64,000 nucleotides of DNA from Octopus vulgaris (taxonomy: Eukaryota), in assembly GCA_951406725.2 (NCBI GenBank), contig OX597829.1, forward strand, positions 21,080,001 to 21,144,000. Direction: 5' to 3'. Below are positions 26,220 through 40,791 of this stretch, piece after piece. The notes under the pieces are model-generated. The model saw only the letters and a list, made by a program, of their open reading frames with translations, ran no database searches and was not told the DNA's origin. How positions within the stretch are numbered: position 1 is the first letter of the stretch; every line of letters starts with the position of its first letter. Both the position numbers and the translations under genes were made by a program.

Positions 26220-27000
26220 TATAACAATGTCATTGTAAACTGATACAAAGGCAAAAGAGATGCTTTACAGAGGCGAAATTATAGAGGATTCAAATTACTG
26301 AATCAGGTTACGAAGGTCATGGAGAGAGTTACGGCACAGCTGATATGTGACAAAGTAGATCTGGATCAGATGCAGCTTGGTTTGGGGTCTGGAAGAGGTA
26401 CCATGAACGAAATTTTCCTGGTGAGGTAACTGCAGGAAGAGTACTTGGCTAAGAGTAACCCACTATTGCTAGCTTTCTCTGACATCCGTTTTCCATGCTG
26501 GCATGGGTTGGACGGTTCGACTCGGGTCTGGGAAGCCAGGAGGCTGCACCAGGCAGTGTTTCTACAGTTGGATGCCCTTCCTAACGCCAACCACTCCGTG
26601 AGTATAGTGGGTGCCTTTTACGTGCCACCGGCACAGGTGCCAGGGGAGGCTGGCAAACGGCCATGATCGGTTGGTGCTTTTTATGTGCCTGAGGAAAGTA
26701 CATGTGGATGAATGGCTTGTGAAGGCTGTACAGGTTATGTATAAAGACGCTGTTATATGAGTCAACAATAATTTCAGTGAGAAGTTAATTATGAGAGCTG
26801 GAGTTCATTAAAGCTCACTCCTTAGTCCTCTCCTATTCTTTATAGTCTACAGACCATCACAAAGATATTTAAGACTGACTGTTTATGGAAACTCCTATAT
26901 GCTGGCAATCTAAATCTCATAACTGAAGCTATAGAGGAATTAGAAAAGAAATTCTATCACTGGGAGCTAAACCTTGAATAGAGAGGTTGAAGACTCCCCT
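26220..27000 (+). mobile_element. Decayed RTE RT fragment interrupted by an RTE-tail repeat (26480-26690)
   Basis: NYRGFKLLNQVTKVMERV, LSPLLFFIV, ELLYAGNL peptides. Confidence 0.7.
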
Positions 27001-27079
27001 TTTTATACCCTCTACCTATCTATCTGTCTGTCTGTCTGTCTGTATGTATATATATGTATATACATACATACATACATGT

Positions 27080-27128
<49 letters not shown>

Positions 27129-27286
27129 GGGCATCCAGCTGTAGAAACACTGCCACATCTGACTGGCCTGGTGCAGCCTTCGGGCTTCCCAGACCCCAGT
27201 TGAACCGTCCAACCCATGCTAGCATGGAAAGCGGACGTTAAACGATGATGATGATGATGATGATGTATGTGTGTGTGTGTGTGATA

Positions 27287-27329
<43 letters not shown>

Positions 27330-27332
<3 letters not shown>

Positions 27333-27780
27333 TTGTGAGGGAGAGAGTGAAGTATGAGAGAATTAGGAGGGAGATTAGAAGGGGGAACCTGTTGGAAGTT
27401 AGAGAATGTTGCTTTTTTACGTGTGTGGTTTGTGTGCGGAGGTGGTTGAGTTATGCAGGCTTGGTGAGCCATCAAAATTCTCACAGAAATCGACCCATAA
27501 TAAACAATGATGTAGCTATTGAAATTCACAACAGAACATGTGTAAAATTTAGAAGGGCGTGTCTCTCAGTTGGAGGCCTAAAAAGACATGTTAAGAGAGA
27601 GCATGTGGTGGCACCTGTTTCTCCTGCCAGCCAGCACAGTTGTCCAGTATGTAATAAAATGTGTAAAAGCCTGGCCAGGCTTAAAAGTCATATAAGGGCA
27701 TCACATGGCAACAATCATGAATCATTTCAGTAAGTCTTCTTGGCAATGGCTTTTCTCATGTAATGAGGATGCAGCTGTGT
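27330..27780 (+). mobile_element. LINE (RTE-like) C-terminus with C2H2-like zinc fingers
   Basis: CVVCVRRWLSYAGLVSHQNSH and CPVCNKMCKSLARLKSHIRASH; bounded by TA runs; no splice context noticed. Confidence 0.6.
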
Positions 27781-27819
<39 letters not shown>

Positions 27820-27914
27820 CGGGAAGGTTTATGAAAATAAACAAAAGACGAAGGCAGGTTTACGACAATAAACTAAAGACGAAGGCAGGTGGAGTACAAA
27901 CAAATAATGTATTA

Positions 27915-27983
<69 letters not shown>

Positions 27984-30091
27984 ATCATCATCATCTTAAA
28001 AAGTTTGTGTTTCATGCTAGCATGGGTTGAACGGTTTGACGGAATCTGATGGTCCGAGGACTGCATCAGGCTCCAGTGTCTACTGATTTGGCTACATTGG
28101 CATAATTCCTACAGGTGGATGCTCTTCCTAATGCTAACCACTTTACAATGTGTTGTGGGTGTTTTTTTTCTTTTGTACCACCAGTAACAGAGAGGTTTGC
28201 ACCTAGGAAGTTACCCTCCGAGGCCCAAGTCCAGGCAAGGTTGTTTCTGGAAGACCAGCAATTGCCCATGCATACCAGCCTTCCCTCTCCATGCCACCAA
28301 GGTTATCCAAGGGAAAGGCAAAGGCCAAATAGTTTGGAACTAGTGATGTCACAATACATTTCTACAGCTGAGTGAATTGGAGCAATGTAAAATAAAGTGT
28401 CTTGCTCAAGAACATAACACACAACCTTGTCTGGGAATCAAACTCATTATCTCATGAGTGTGAGCCTGCTGCTCTAACCACTGAGTCATGTTGCCATCTT
28501 GCAAGGCTTTGTTCAGCCCAAGGCTATTGTAGAAGACACTTGCCCAAAGTGCCATGCAGTGGGACTGAACCCAGAACCATGTGGTTGGGAAGCAAACTTC
28601 TTACCACACAGCCACTCCTATATATATATATGTTACAGCATTTTAAACATTACTCTTTTGTTAGTGTATATTTTACCATGGGTGGATGGGTCCTCTTTTG
28701 CACTACATATCACCAGTTAGCAGAGTCTTTGCTATCTCCTCCTTAAGACGAAGCATCTTCAGATCAGCCTTCAACTCTTTATCCCCTCTTCCATAGGTCC
28801 CATTAACTCAGAGTGCATGGTACTTTTCATACGAGCCATCATCCTTCATACACATTACATGCCCATACAACAAAGCCTCCTCCACTCTTGTACATTACAC
28901 CTTATGTCCAGTTTCTCTCTTGGGTCATTTGCTTTCTGTTATTTATGTACTAACTTTATACATCAATTCAAACCTGCTAGCTTTCTAGTCTTTGCAAGTC
29001 TTCTGTATGCAAGGCCTGTGTTTCACTAACATGCAACATCACAATTCTAACACAAATATCATGTTAAAAAGGGCATCCTGCCATAGAAAGCAAGCTAGAT
29101 CAGAATGGAATCTGATGCAGCTCTCCTGCTTGCTAGCTCAGGTCAAACTGTCCAACTCATGCCAGCATGGAAAACAAACTCTAAATGATGATGATGATAA
29201 TGCTGCTGCTGCTGTGGTTGTTGTTGTTGTTAAGCAACAAGACGGGTAAGGGTGATTTAGGTGTTGGTCTAGGGCTTAGGGGCAGGAGACCCCAGACCTT
29301 GGAAAAAAAAAAGAAAACTTTGGTCGTCTTGTTGTAGTCGAGGACTCTTCGTTGACACCCAACACCACTGGGAGGTGGCCCTTGAAGTCGCTGGAGATGG
29401 GGATCCCCAAGTCCAAATTCTTGAATGGCAGATGCTGCTGCTGCTGATGTTTACCATAATTCTTTAAATGAAGACCAATCCATCCATAATGCAACTATAT
29501 CCTTTAAATGAAATTTTTTTTTGGTCACGTGTAAACATCATCATAAACATCATCTGATGCTGCTGTTGATGATGTTTACACATGACCAAAAAAGAATTTC
29601 ATTTAAAGAATATGGTTGCACTATCTTTACAACACATTTAACAACAACAGCAAGCAATTTGCAGCACTTTAGGTCGTATTTTTCATGGCAACAGGAAACC
29701 ACCTTCAACAAGACAGCACAACAGTAAAATATTGAGTTCATTGGAAATTACAAAAGTGAAGGTACAATGTGAAGAAATATATTCTAATGAGGACCTGCTA
29801 TAAAAAAATCGTTAAATAATCAACTCAAGATTTATGAGGATTAAGATTATATTGATTAGATTGCCAAGAGAAACAAATAGGAACAGAGTTCCATAAGATG
29901 GATACTGGAGGAAAGAAACAACTAGAGTAGCAATGCTTCTTCAAGGGGGGAGAGAACTGCAAAAAGATGAGAATTAGCAGACAGACAAGTTACTTGTTTA
30001 GTAACTTTAAGAGAAAGTTCGAGAGAAGAAATTTTAGCAGAACAAGGTCTATAGAAGTCATCACTGCTTTTAACATTCACTTTTCCATGCT

Positions 30092-30293
30092 GTTGTTGTT
30101 GTTATGCAACCAGACGGGTAAGGGTGATTAGGTGATGGTCTAGGGCTTAGGGGCAGGAGACCCCAGACCTTGGAAAAAAAAAAACTTTGGTCGTCTTGTA
30201 GTCGAGGGCCCTTTGTTGACACCCGACGCCACTGGGAGGTGGCCCTCGAAGTCGCTGGAAATGGAGATCTCCAGGTCCAAATTCTTGAACGGC
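30092..30293 (-). mobile_element. ~200-bp retroposon with (CAA)n tail; second copy at 29216-29431
   Basis: TSD CTTTTCCATGCT at 30080-30091 and 30294-30305; the other copy is flanked by ATGCTGCTGCTGCTG. Confidence 0.8.
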
Positions 30294-31715
30294 CTTTTCC
30301 ATGCTTGCATAGGTTGGATGGAATTTAGTTAAAAGGCAGATTTTTCAACAGCTGGATGCCTTCCTGTCACCAACCCATGCCTATTTCCAAGTAAGGTAAA
30401 ATTTATCCATGACCAGATATATTTTTCATGGAAGATTAGGAATGAATGACACTTGCTTACAATTTTCAAGCAATGCAAAGGCAAGGAGACACACACACAC
30501 ACACATGCTTCTTTCAGTTTCTGTCCACCAAATCCACTCACAAGGTTTTGGCTGGCTTGGGACTCTAATAGAAGACACTAACCCAAAGTTCCACAAAGTG
30601 GGATTGAACTTGGAACCATGTGGTTGGAAATCAAACTTCTTACCACATAGCTACACTTGCAGTTATTTATAAGAATAAAGAGATGATGTTCTAATCGTGG
30701 AAAAAGAGTTGAAGTTAAGGTGTCAAACAGGACCAAAGATGACAGGTACTAGTGACACATGTTGATTGTAAAAACATGGTTTTGAAAACAATAAATTACA
30801 TTTTTCTCCAGGGACTTCATAACACATGGAAAGGAGGAAGAAATACAAAGAGTTACAGAAGTATAATACTTGAATACTTGATCAGAATGGATTCTACAAA
30901 GTAATCTAAGTGGCAACTGGTAGTGTTCGACCAAATGATGGATTAAGTTTATGATTGATGAACAGAAAGTTGAAGTATTCTTTTATTTGTTTCAGTCATT
31001 TGACTGTGGCCATGCTGGAGCATCACTTTAGTTGAGCAAATCGACCCCAGAACTTATTCTTTGCAAGCCTAGTACTTATTCTATCGGTTTCTCTTGTCGA
31101 ACCACTAAGTGACGGGGACGTAAACACACCAGCATCGGTTGTCAAGCGATGTTGGGGGGAACAAACACAGACACACAAACATATACATACACACACATAT
31201 ATATATATATCTATGACAGGCTTCTTTTAGTTTCCATCTTCCAAATCCATTCACAAGGCTTTGTTTGACCTGAGGTTATAATAGAAGACACCTTCCCAAG
31301 GTGCCACGCAGTGGGATTGAACCCAGAACCATGTGGTTGGTAAGCAAGCTACTTATCACACAGCCACCCCTGCACCTGCATAGCATTTATGAGGATATTA
31401 ATGATGCAAAGTGATAAAGTGATTTATAAATATGTAATCAAAAAGAACAGATTGAAATAATCCACTGGTCAGTAATTATTATTAACAACATTACCATTAT
31501 TTAATTTCAAATTTTGGCACAAGGCCAGAAACTTTGGAGGAGGGGTTGCGTTGGCTACATTGACCCCAGTGCTCAAGTGTTACTTATTTTATCAACTTCA
31601 AAAGATGAAAAGCAAAGTCAACCCTGACAGAATTTGAACTCAGAATGTAAAGACATGAAATGCCACTAAACATTTTCACCACCATGCTAACGATTTGGCC
31701 AGCTCACTGCCTAAG

Positions 31716-32020
31716 GGTTGTTGTTTGTTCCTTCTTGAGCCATGCCTGGCTCATAAGGGCCGGTTTCCCGGTTTCTTGGCGTATAGGCTCCCCACCAGGA
31801 TGGGACGCCGGTCCATCGCAGGTGAGCTGCAAGATGCAGGAGGAAAGAGTGAGAGAAAGTTGTGGCGAAAGAGTCAGCAGAAGTTCGCCATTACCTTCTG
31901 CTGGAGCCGTGTGGAGCTTAGGTGTTTTCACTCCTAAACACACACATCACCCAGTCTAAGATTTGAACCCGCGGTCCCTCGACCATGAGTCCGCTGCTCT
32001 AACCACTAGGCCATGTACCT
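31716..32020 (-). mobile_element. SINE with family-C head and body but a different tail
   Basis: Shares CTTTCGCCACAACTTTCTCTCACTCTTTC body; (AAC)n end; 16-bp TSD CAGCTCACTGCCTAAG at 31700-31715 and 32021-32036. Confidence 0.85.
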
Positions 32021-32298
32021 CAGCTCACTGCCTAAGCCTTATCATTATTAATAACAAAATACAAATGCCAATATTAGTTTTCAAACAAAAGTTTTATTCA
32101 TTTTTTTTTTTTAATTTAACTTTTATGGATGTATTTACTCTTTTATTGATTCCAACAGAAAGTCACTTTATTGGCAGTACTGAAGACAACTGTGTTTGTA
32201 TATGTGTTTATATATGGTATACATATGTGCATATATATATATATGTTGATCATATATATATGCATGTGTCGATCATATATATATATATGCATGTGTCG

Positions 32299-32340
<42 letters not shown>

Positions 32341-32791
32341 TACATATATATACATACATATATATACACACATGTACACGTAAATACATATATAAGCATA
32401 CAATATGTATATATGTTTATACATACATATATATGGATGTGTGTGAATGTGTGTATATATATATACATATGTACAAATATATATAAATAAAATATATATG
32501 TACATATATATCTATAATATAAATGATGTGTATGTACACACATACACATTTTTATAAACATATAAGCATGCACACGCATACATGCATTTGTTATGAATAT
32601 TTATATCATATAAATATTTATATATAGATATAATTATACATATTATATATGCATACATGCGTGTGTGTAAATATATATATTATACATGCATACATACATG
32701 TATACACACACATATGCTGCATATAGATATATATGTATATAAATGTGTGTGTGCATATATATATATGTATGCATGCATGCATGTATGTATA

Positions 32792-32827
<36 letters not shown>

Positions 32828-34403
32828 TGTATGTATGTATGTATGTATGTATGTATGTATGTATGTATGTATGTATGTATGTATGTATATGTATATATGT
32901 ATTATAAGTTCATTAGTATTTACCATATTAAGCACATCTACGGATAGTGGCTATCAGACAAAATTCAAAATTGGAGATCGTTTGTTCTTCCAGACAAATA
33001 CCTGAAAATCCACAAATATCCATAGAGCATTTATAATGACGAATATTAAAAAATGGAGTGAGCAACTAATTTTACTTCTTCAATTTACAATTGCTTTGCC
33101 ATAATCTTGTATAATTAATCTTGTGTCATTATGTTTTAATGATTAAATCACACGTGCTGTTTAAGGTTTCCTCCTTTACACATGTTGAAAATTAACTCTG
33201 CAGAACTGTGTTTAAAAATCGCTCAGTCTCAAAGACAAGACAATAAGTCTACTTAATAGTCTTGAAGAAAAGTAATTAAAAATGACATAGCATCTTAACA
33301 TTTTATTTAATGAAGCAAACAACCATTAATCATGTTGTTAGTAGTGTACTGAACAACTAATTAATACAACAGACAATTATCCCATCTAAACAAAATAACC
33401 CGCATTTGATAAATGTGTCTCTTGGGACTCATTTGTTTTTATAATGTGATATGCCCTACTTGGTGTACATACATTCATATAATTTTTTACACAATTCTGA
33501 AAAGCCAGTTTTCAACATGTATTATGGAGGAAAGTTAATGAAAATTAATCAACAGTTGAAGGAATTATTTCATAATGATGCAAGACAGATTAAGTTGGCC
33601 AATGAGAAAACAATTGTAAATTGAAGTAGTAAAAGGATTTGCACGTTCCATCTTTTAAAAAATATTTGTCATTATATACATATATGCATACATATATACA
33701 TACATACATATATATATATATGTATATATATATATACACACATATATATATATACATACACATATATATATATATATACATACACACATATATATATATA
33801 TACACACACACATATATATATATACATACACACACATATATATATATATATATATGCATACATATACATATAAACACACAAATGAATGCATATATATATG
33901 AATATGTGTGTGTGTGTGTATATATATGTGTGTGTGTGTGTGTAGTATTGTGTGAAGGAGCAATAAAAAAGAACAAAAAAATATATAACAATCAAACAAA
34001 CATTGGTAGTTTGATACAACAATCAAACAAACATTGGTAGTTTGATACATTAACGGTTCAAAAGTTGTTATTATTGCAACCAGACTTCCAGTTAATTGAT
34101 ATAATTTGGTAAAATTGAGCTTTTGGCTGTTTTTTTTATTGTTATTATAATTTTTTTTTTTTATGGAGAACTGGAATTTTGAGCCGTTTAGAGAAGTAAA
34201 AATAATAGTTTTAAGGTTTTAAGTCACATGCTTTCTAATATACAGTTACAAAATATACTTTTAGCAAAGGAATTTTTAGAATGGTATTAAATATCTACAG
34301 ATTCTGTGAACAGAAAAAAAAATTGCATGTTTGTGTATATATGCAATTGAGCTTGTTGATGTGTGTGTGTGTGTGCATGCACATGTATATGTATGTATGT
34401 ATG

Positions 34404-34459
<56 letters not shown>

Positions 34460-34522
34460 AGTAAGTTGTCAAAGAGTCTGTAAGAAAGAAAAAATGCACT
34501 CGTATATCTGTCAAGAGGGTAG

Positions 34523-34707
34523 GTATATTATCTGAAGTGTTATATATCCATTACAGCTGATCATTACATTCCATATTGGCTATCTCTTATGAGCACAAGG
34601 TTACATAATCAAGTTATTACCTAACATTCCATCGAATCCCTGGAGTGAAACTGATTGGTAAGTTTAGCCATAATGGATATATAATACTATACACTTCAGA
34701 TAATATA
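34523..34707. mobile_element. Older fold-back element with hammerhead at 34578-34669 (one core change)
   Basis: Short inverted ends; GGCTATCT-CTTATGA...GAAAC-TGATTG-GTA-AGTTTAGCC; related fragment at 63162-63220. Confidence 0.6.
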
Positions 34708-35578
34708 TATATATGTATATATATACATACATTGTGTTCCATGAGAATAGCTTTGGTGACATAAGATGATCTAAAGAATATTTATATGTGTGTGTGTGTG
34801 TTATGTGTGTATGTATGTATATACATGTGTGTTACATGTGTATGTATGTGTGTTTAATATATATGTGAATCTGCATGTGTGTGTGTATTTCAGAATATGC
34901 AGGTTTATACGTATAACATATGTTTAAAGATACATATGCAGTGCATGAAAATGCTGAATGTGATGCTTGTAAAGAAATTGTTAGGCTTCATTATAGAAAG
35001 TATTTCAAAATGAAGACTCTTAATTTCACTTCTTTATTTCATATGTTTGTGGTTATATTTACTCTCTCTCCAATTTTTATCCATGAAGGATCGTGGACAT
35101 CCACAAGTTTTTGATACAAAGAATTGATTATATTTTTTGAAATATCTATCAACATGTATTGGTGTGTAATGATTATTTGTGCTTGCGTATTTGTTTTTAA
35201 TATGTGTGTATATGTGTGTTTTTGTGCATGTGCAGGTGTTTATCCTGGAAAAAAAAAGTCATCATTATTATGGCAATATTCAGTATTGCATGAGACTTTC
35301 TTTGGAGATGCAGGTTTTTACAGATTAATAATAATAATAACTTCTTACATAGGCACAATGCCACAAATTCGGTGGGGAATTAAAATCAACAATTAAATCA
35401 AAACTTCAACCACTTGACTGCTACTTATTCAATTGATCTTGAAAAGGGTGAAAGGCAAAGTTGATCTCAGTGGGATTTTAACACAGAACATAAAGGGATA
35501 TAACTAATCATAACCACATAGCATTTGATTCATTGCTCCACTTATTCTGCCATAAATTGCTTTAATAATAATGTTAAC

Positions 35579-35616
<38 letters not shown>

Positions 35617-37262
35617 TAATAATAATAACAACAACAACAACAATAATAATAATGATATAATGATAATAATAATAATAATAATGATAATAATAATAATAAT
35701 AATGAGTTTTAACATAGGCGAAAGGCCACACATTTTTGGGGAGATGTATTGTCATTTATATCAACTTTAGTATATGTTATCAACCCCCAGATAGATGAAA
35801 AGTAAAAGTTGACTATGGTGGAATTTGAACTGAATGGTTTCAAACAATGATTAAATATAGTACAATAAAAAAAAAATCAACAAATAAATGAATTAAATAA
35901 AATTTGAGGATAAAAAAATGCAAATTTAATTTATAACATTTCTTTTTCTTCAACAATGTCATCTCATCATCCAAAGCAAGGATATTGGTGAAAAAAAAAA
36001 AAGTATATGTTTGCGTAATGATAATGGTAAGGGTTAAAGACTCACATGCAGAATTGCATGTAATATTGCTCAAATCATGTTTTAAAATTTGTGAAATAGT
36101 CAAGGTTAATTAGTGAATGGTGTTTTATACCGCATGAAGATATATTATTGCACATAATCTTTTATGAATACCAATGCAAACCCAAATGTCTGTGTGCCAG
36201 TGCTTTTTATATACGTGTGGAGATGCATTTATTATTTGTATACATCTATGTATATGCGTGAATGTGTATGTGTGTGTATACATACAAACATACATATATT
36301 TATGCATGTATATATACATGCATGTACACATGTATGTATATGGCTGTTTGTATTTTCAAATTCATAAACACACTCAATTATAAATTAGTATGTGTTGTGG
36401 GGTGTTGTGTGTGTGAAGATGTAATTGTACATAAACAATAATCAACTGTCAAATGTAGATTTCAAATCATGTTTTTTCTTTAAAAAAAAATTTACTTTTG
36501 TTCCCTCAAAAATTTCTAAATTTTGATTCAAAGAAAAAGAGAATATAAATTTACTAACGAAAATATATTTGTGCTTTCAACTTTGTTACATGTGTAACAT
36601 ATTCACACATACATAATGCATGAATACAGATTATATGCATACGCAAAATAACATGTCATACTTTATTTTTACAAAACATTTTAGATCTTTTCACTGTCTT
36701 ATATAAAGAATTAAATTGAAAGTAACACTTCTTTTTGAATTGATTTTGTTTATAATTAAAGAATGTTTAAAAAATTTTTTTAAATTAAGTTTTTATATAA
36801 TTAATATAATTAATGTTCTCAAACACCAAAATAATTTTCAATAAGTCTGAGAGATTTTAAGACCATTAATCTATTAGATATTTAGGATATTCTATTATAA
36901 CTCCATTCACATATCGGAGGAATCATTGCAAAAATATAAACAGATCAAAGACCACGGCTGGTATTCTATCCTATTGATTGCCATCCCACCCAAGAAAATT
37001 TAAAAGGTAAATTTGACCTCAGAGAAGTTTGAACATAGAATGTTAAGCACAATAACTAAATACTGTATGTTGCTTTGTCCAATGATTTAATGATATCACC
37101 ATTCACTGCCCTATTATTATTTTTGTTATATTTTCTCTTATTGCAAAGTTAAATCATAAATATGCATGTGATGTTTAGTCTTGACTTATATTTTCTGTTA
37201 CTCCAGCATAATTTTATGTTCAACACCTGAATACTGCTTTTAAAAATTTTACTAAATAACTG

Positions 37263-37315
<53 letters not shown>

Positions 37316-37686
37316 CAAAATACACCGTGTGTAATTAAAAAATTTATTATAAAATGTACTGATGCATAGACTAGAAACACAAGAAATCATTTTTTAACAA
37401 ATTTCTTTTAAAGTATCTAATAAACTGTTTCTAGAAATATATGAATGTGTTTATAAATTTATTGTAGTTAATTTCATCAGTAATTGATCTAAAATGTGAT
37501 GAAAATAATAATAATAATAATAAAAAAAAGGAAATATACAAATAGATTTTTAACAGATTGTTATTAAACAATTATACATACACACATGCACATATATACT
37601 TAGAGACAACACACACACATATAAATGCATGTATATATATTGTATATATGTATGTGCATAGTGTATACATATGCTTATAAAGTGTT

Positions 37687-37734
<48 letters not shown>

Positions 37735-37839
37735 ATATACATCTACCAATATATGAACATATATATAAGCTCACACACATAGATAATATACAAATATTCA
37801 TATATATATATGTATATATTTATGCATGTATACATGTAT

Positions 37840-37915
<76 letters not shown>

Positions 37916-38323
37916 TCATATGTATATATATAAATATATATATATATAATTATGTGTATGCACATATATATGCAAGTATACATACATGTATATGCCTATA
38001 CTGATATACATATGTACATATATATATGTATACACATACATGCATACTTACACAAAGCATTCACACGCATCAGCTTGTGTGTATGTGCCTGTGTGTGCGT
38101 ATACAGATATGTGTGTACAAATATGCATTTGCACACATGCACGTACAGATACACACACAAATCATACGCATATATAAAATATATTATTTCAGATTATTTC
38201 TGACTTGCTTATTAATACTCTTGACAAACAGCAACCATGAGACCTTTAGGTATGAGAAAATAATCCAGTCCAACAACATACGGTTAAGTGTGTGTGTGTT
38301 TGTGTGTGTATATGTATGTGTGC

Positions 38324-38370
<47 letters not shown>

Positions 38371-38560
38371 TATATATGTATATATATACCTATGTATACA
38401 TATATATGTATATATGTACACACACACACATATATGTATATGCATACACACACATATGCATATACATATACACACATGCAAATACATTCACACACATGCA
38501 TATATGCTGATATGTATGCATAGACATGTACAGATACAAACATATTTATACTGATATCTA

Positions 38561-38688
<128 letters not shown>

Positions 38689-38756
38689 TACACACACAAA
38701 CACACATTTACAAGTAAACATATGTATATATATGTATGTGTGTGTGTGTGTGATAT

Positions 38757-39192
38757 AAATGTTTGGAGAAAAAAACCTTTGAGCCATGCAGATGAGAATT
38801 TAGGTAAAATATTCCAGGTGATATCAATGAATGAAAACAAAGAGAAAAAATACTGTATTACTTTTTATAGGTTATTTAATGATACTATATTTCAGGAAAG
38901 ATTCTCCTTTTCAAAGAGAAACCAAAAATATTTCAAAGAAATGTGTACTTACCATCAGACCATTCTCATATATTAAGTATGACTTGTCAGTAAGAACACA
39001 TTTCTCTGACCCTTTTAATGGTTTTCTTACTTGTATTTGAAAAAAGGAATCTTTCCCAAAATACTACAGGCTCATGAAAAAACCAATGTAAGTTAATGCA
39101 ATACCTGTTCTCCTTGTTTTCATCCATTGACATAACTTGATATATTTTGCCAAACTCTCACCTGCATTGATGAAATGTTTTTCCAAACATTT
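38757..39192. repeat. Diverged ~200-bp-arm inverted repeat next to a TA/CA tract
   Basis: AAATGTTTGGA...GGAAAGATTC...GAAATGTGT mirrored by ACACATTTC...GAATCTTTCC...TCCAAACATTT. Confidence 0.65.
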
Positions 39193-39820
39193 TTTAAATA
39201 ATTTACACACATTACAATATCACATCAAACTTCAATGAAAATAGAAATATTTACTATACACACAAAACACATTCACTAGCATTTCTTGACAAACGGATAG
39301 AGTAATACATGTACATATCTGATTTAGATACATTGTACATTCTTTACTTGTAAGATTTTGGTACCTCTGAGTGAGAAATCTTTTATATTGACAATAAACA
39401 TAACTACATTTTTTTTATAAGAAAATCAATTACTCCCTCTTTACAATTATCAACATTTACTCATGAATTCACTTTTTGTTTAAAACACCAATGAAATATC
39501 TAGTAGAACAATTGGTTTGAAGCAACTTGTAAATTGTAAACAACATAAGAAATGCTCTAAATTTAATTCTATTATTTTTGTTAGATATGACTATTATTGT
39601 TGTTTTTTTTGTTGAAAGAAAAATTCATAATTTACATTTTGCAAATATTTTGAAGATGCTTCTATATAATTTCAACATACAGTGCTAGAAGAGGAACTAC
39701 TACTTCAAAGACTATGAGAGTACTGAAATCTATAATTCTACACATTTTAATGGTAGTCAACATTTTGATACCAAACAATATTTACAAACTTTCACACTGA
39801 TATCTTACTTAGAATATTTA

Positions 39821-39936
<116 letters not shown>

Positions 39937-39972
39937 CTACTATATAATAAGGATATTATATTTATGGTATTA

Positions 39973-40015
<43 letters not shown>

Positions 40016-40458
40016 ATCCAATTATTTACTAAAATTAACTTATGGCCACCAAATCAGATTTTTTAAAATATTTTTTCTTCTTGTTAATCAATTTGCTAAT
40101 TGTTATATTACTTCCGTCTCATCCAAGATCTACAAATCAAATTGTACAATAATAAGTACAAAATGAATTAAGTTTTTTTTTTTTTAATATTTTTCGGGGT
40201 TTGTAGTGATAGTGGAAATATATATGTGAGGCAAACTGAGATGTGGATAGCAGGAAGAGAAATATTAAGTTAATTTTATAACAATTTTTATAGGTTCATT
40301 ATGTTGATCAGTTCTTTCTTTTGTACATCTTTGTTTGTTGTACACTGGACCTTCATCTTTTTTTTTTTATTACTGTGTAAAGGAAAGGAGGCATGTCAGA
40401 AACAAGTACCATTCCAGCTCCTGGTACCTGCACCAAACAACTACTCTTTCTCATATTT

Positions 40459-40791
40459 CTACAGGAGTATATCCATTTCAGTGTTATCTTCAACATTTTC
40501 ATCTTTTACCTCTTCTTTTTTAACGTCTTGTTCTCCATCATCTGCTGGCTTTTTCATCTCAGCTCCCTCCTCTGGTTTCTCCTCCTCATGCTCTTCCCCC
40601 TTTTCCATTACTCTTTCTTTCTCTCCCTCCACCTCTTCTTTCTTTGGTTCTACAGAAGGCTCTGATGATACAGCAGGCAATGTTGCCACAATATTGTCAT
40701 CATGGGTTTTCATGGAATCATCATCAGTGACTGCATTAGATACATTGTTTTCTATTGGTTGACCAAATTCATCGCTACTTTTGAAGGTTTG
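40459..40791 (-). CDS. Terminal coding exon of an unidentified minus-strand gene (E/K/D-rich acidic tail)
   Basis: Pyrimidine tract plus CAG acceptor (plus-strand CT at 40792-40793). Phase-0 open frame QTFKSSDEFGQPIENN...EPKKEEVEGEKE...NTEMDILL* in non-repeat sequence. Confidence 0.75.
   Translation of the reverse strand, partial: QTFKSSDEFGQPIENNVSNAVTDDDSMKTHDDNIVATLPAVSSEPSVEPKKEEVEGEKERVMEKGEEHEEEKPEEGAEMKKPADDGEQDVKKEEVKDENVEDNTEMDILL

Noticed and set aside
27245-27733. Host C2H2 zinc-finger gene
   Set aside because: No TGEKP linkers, bounded by TA runs, and it resembles a LINE C-terminus.
30200-30260. HDV-like ribozyme in the 200-bp retroposon
   Set aside because: P2/P3/L3-like pieces exist, but P1 has only about 4 bp and would not define the observed 5' end.
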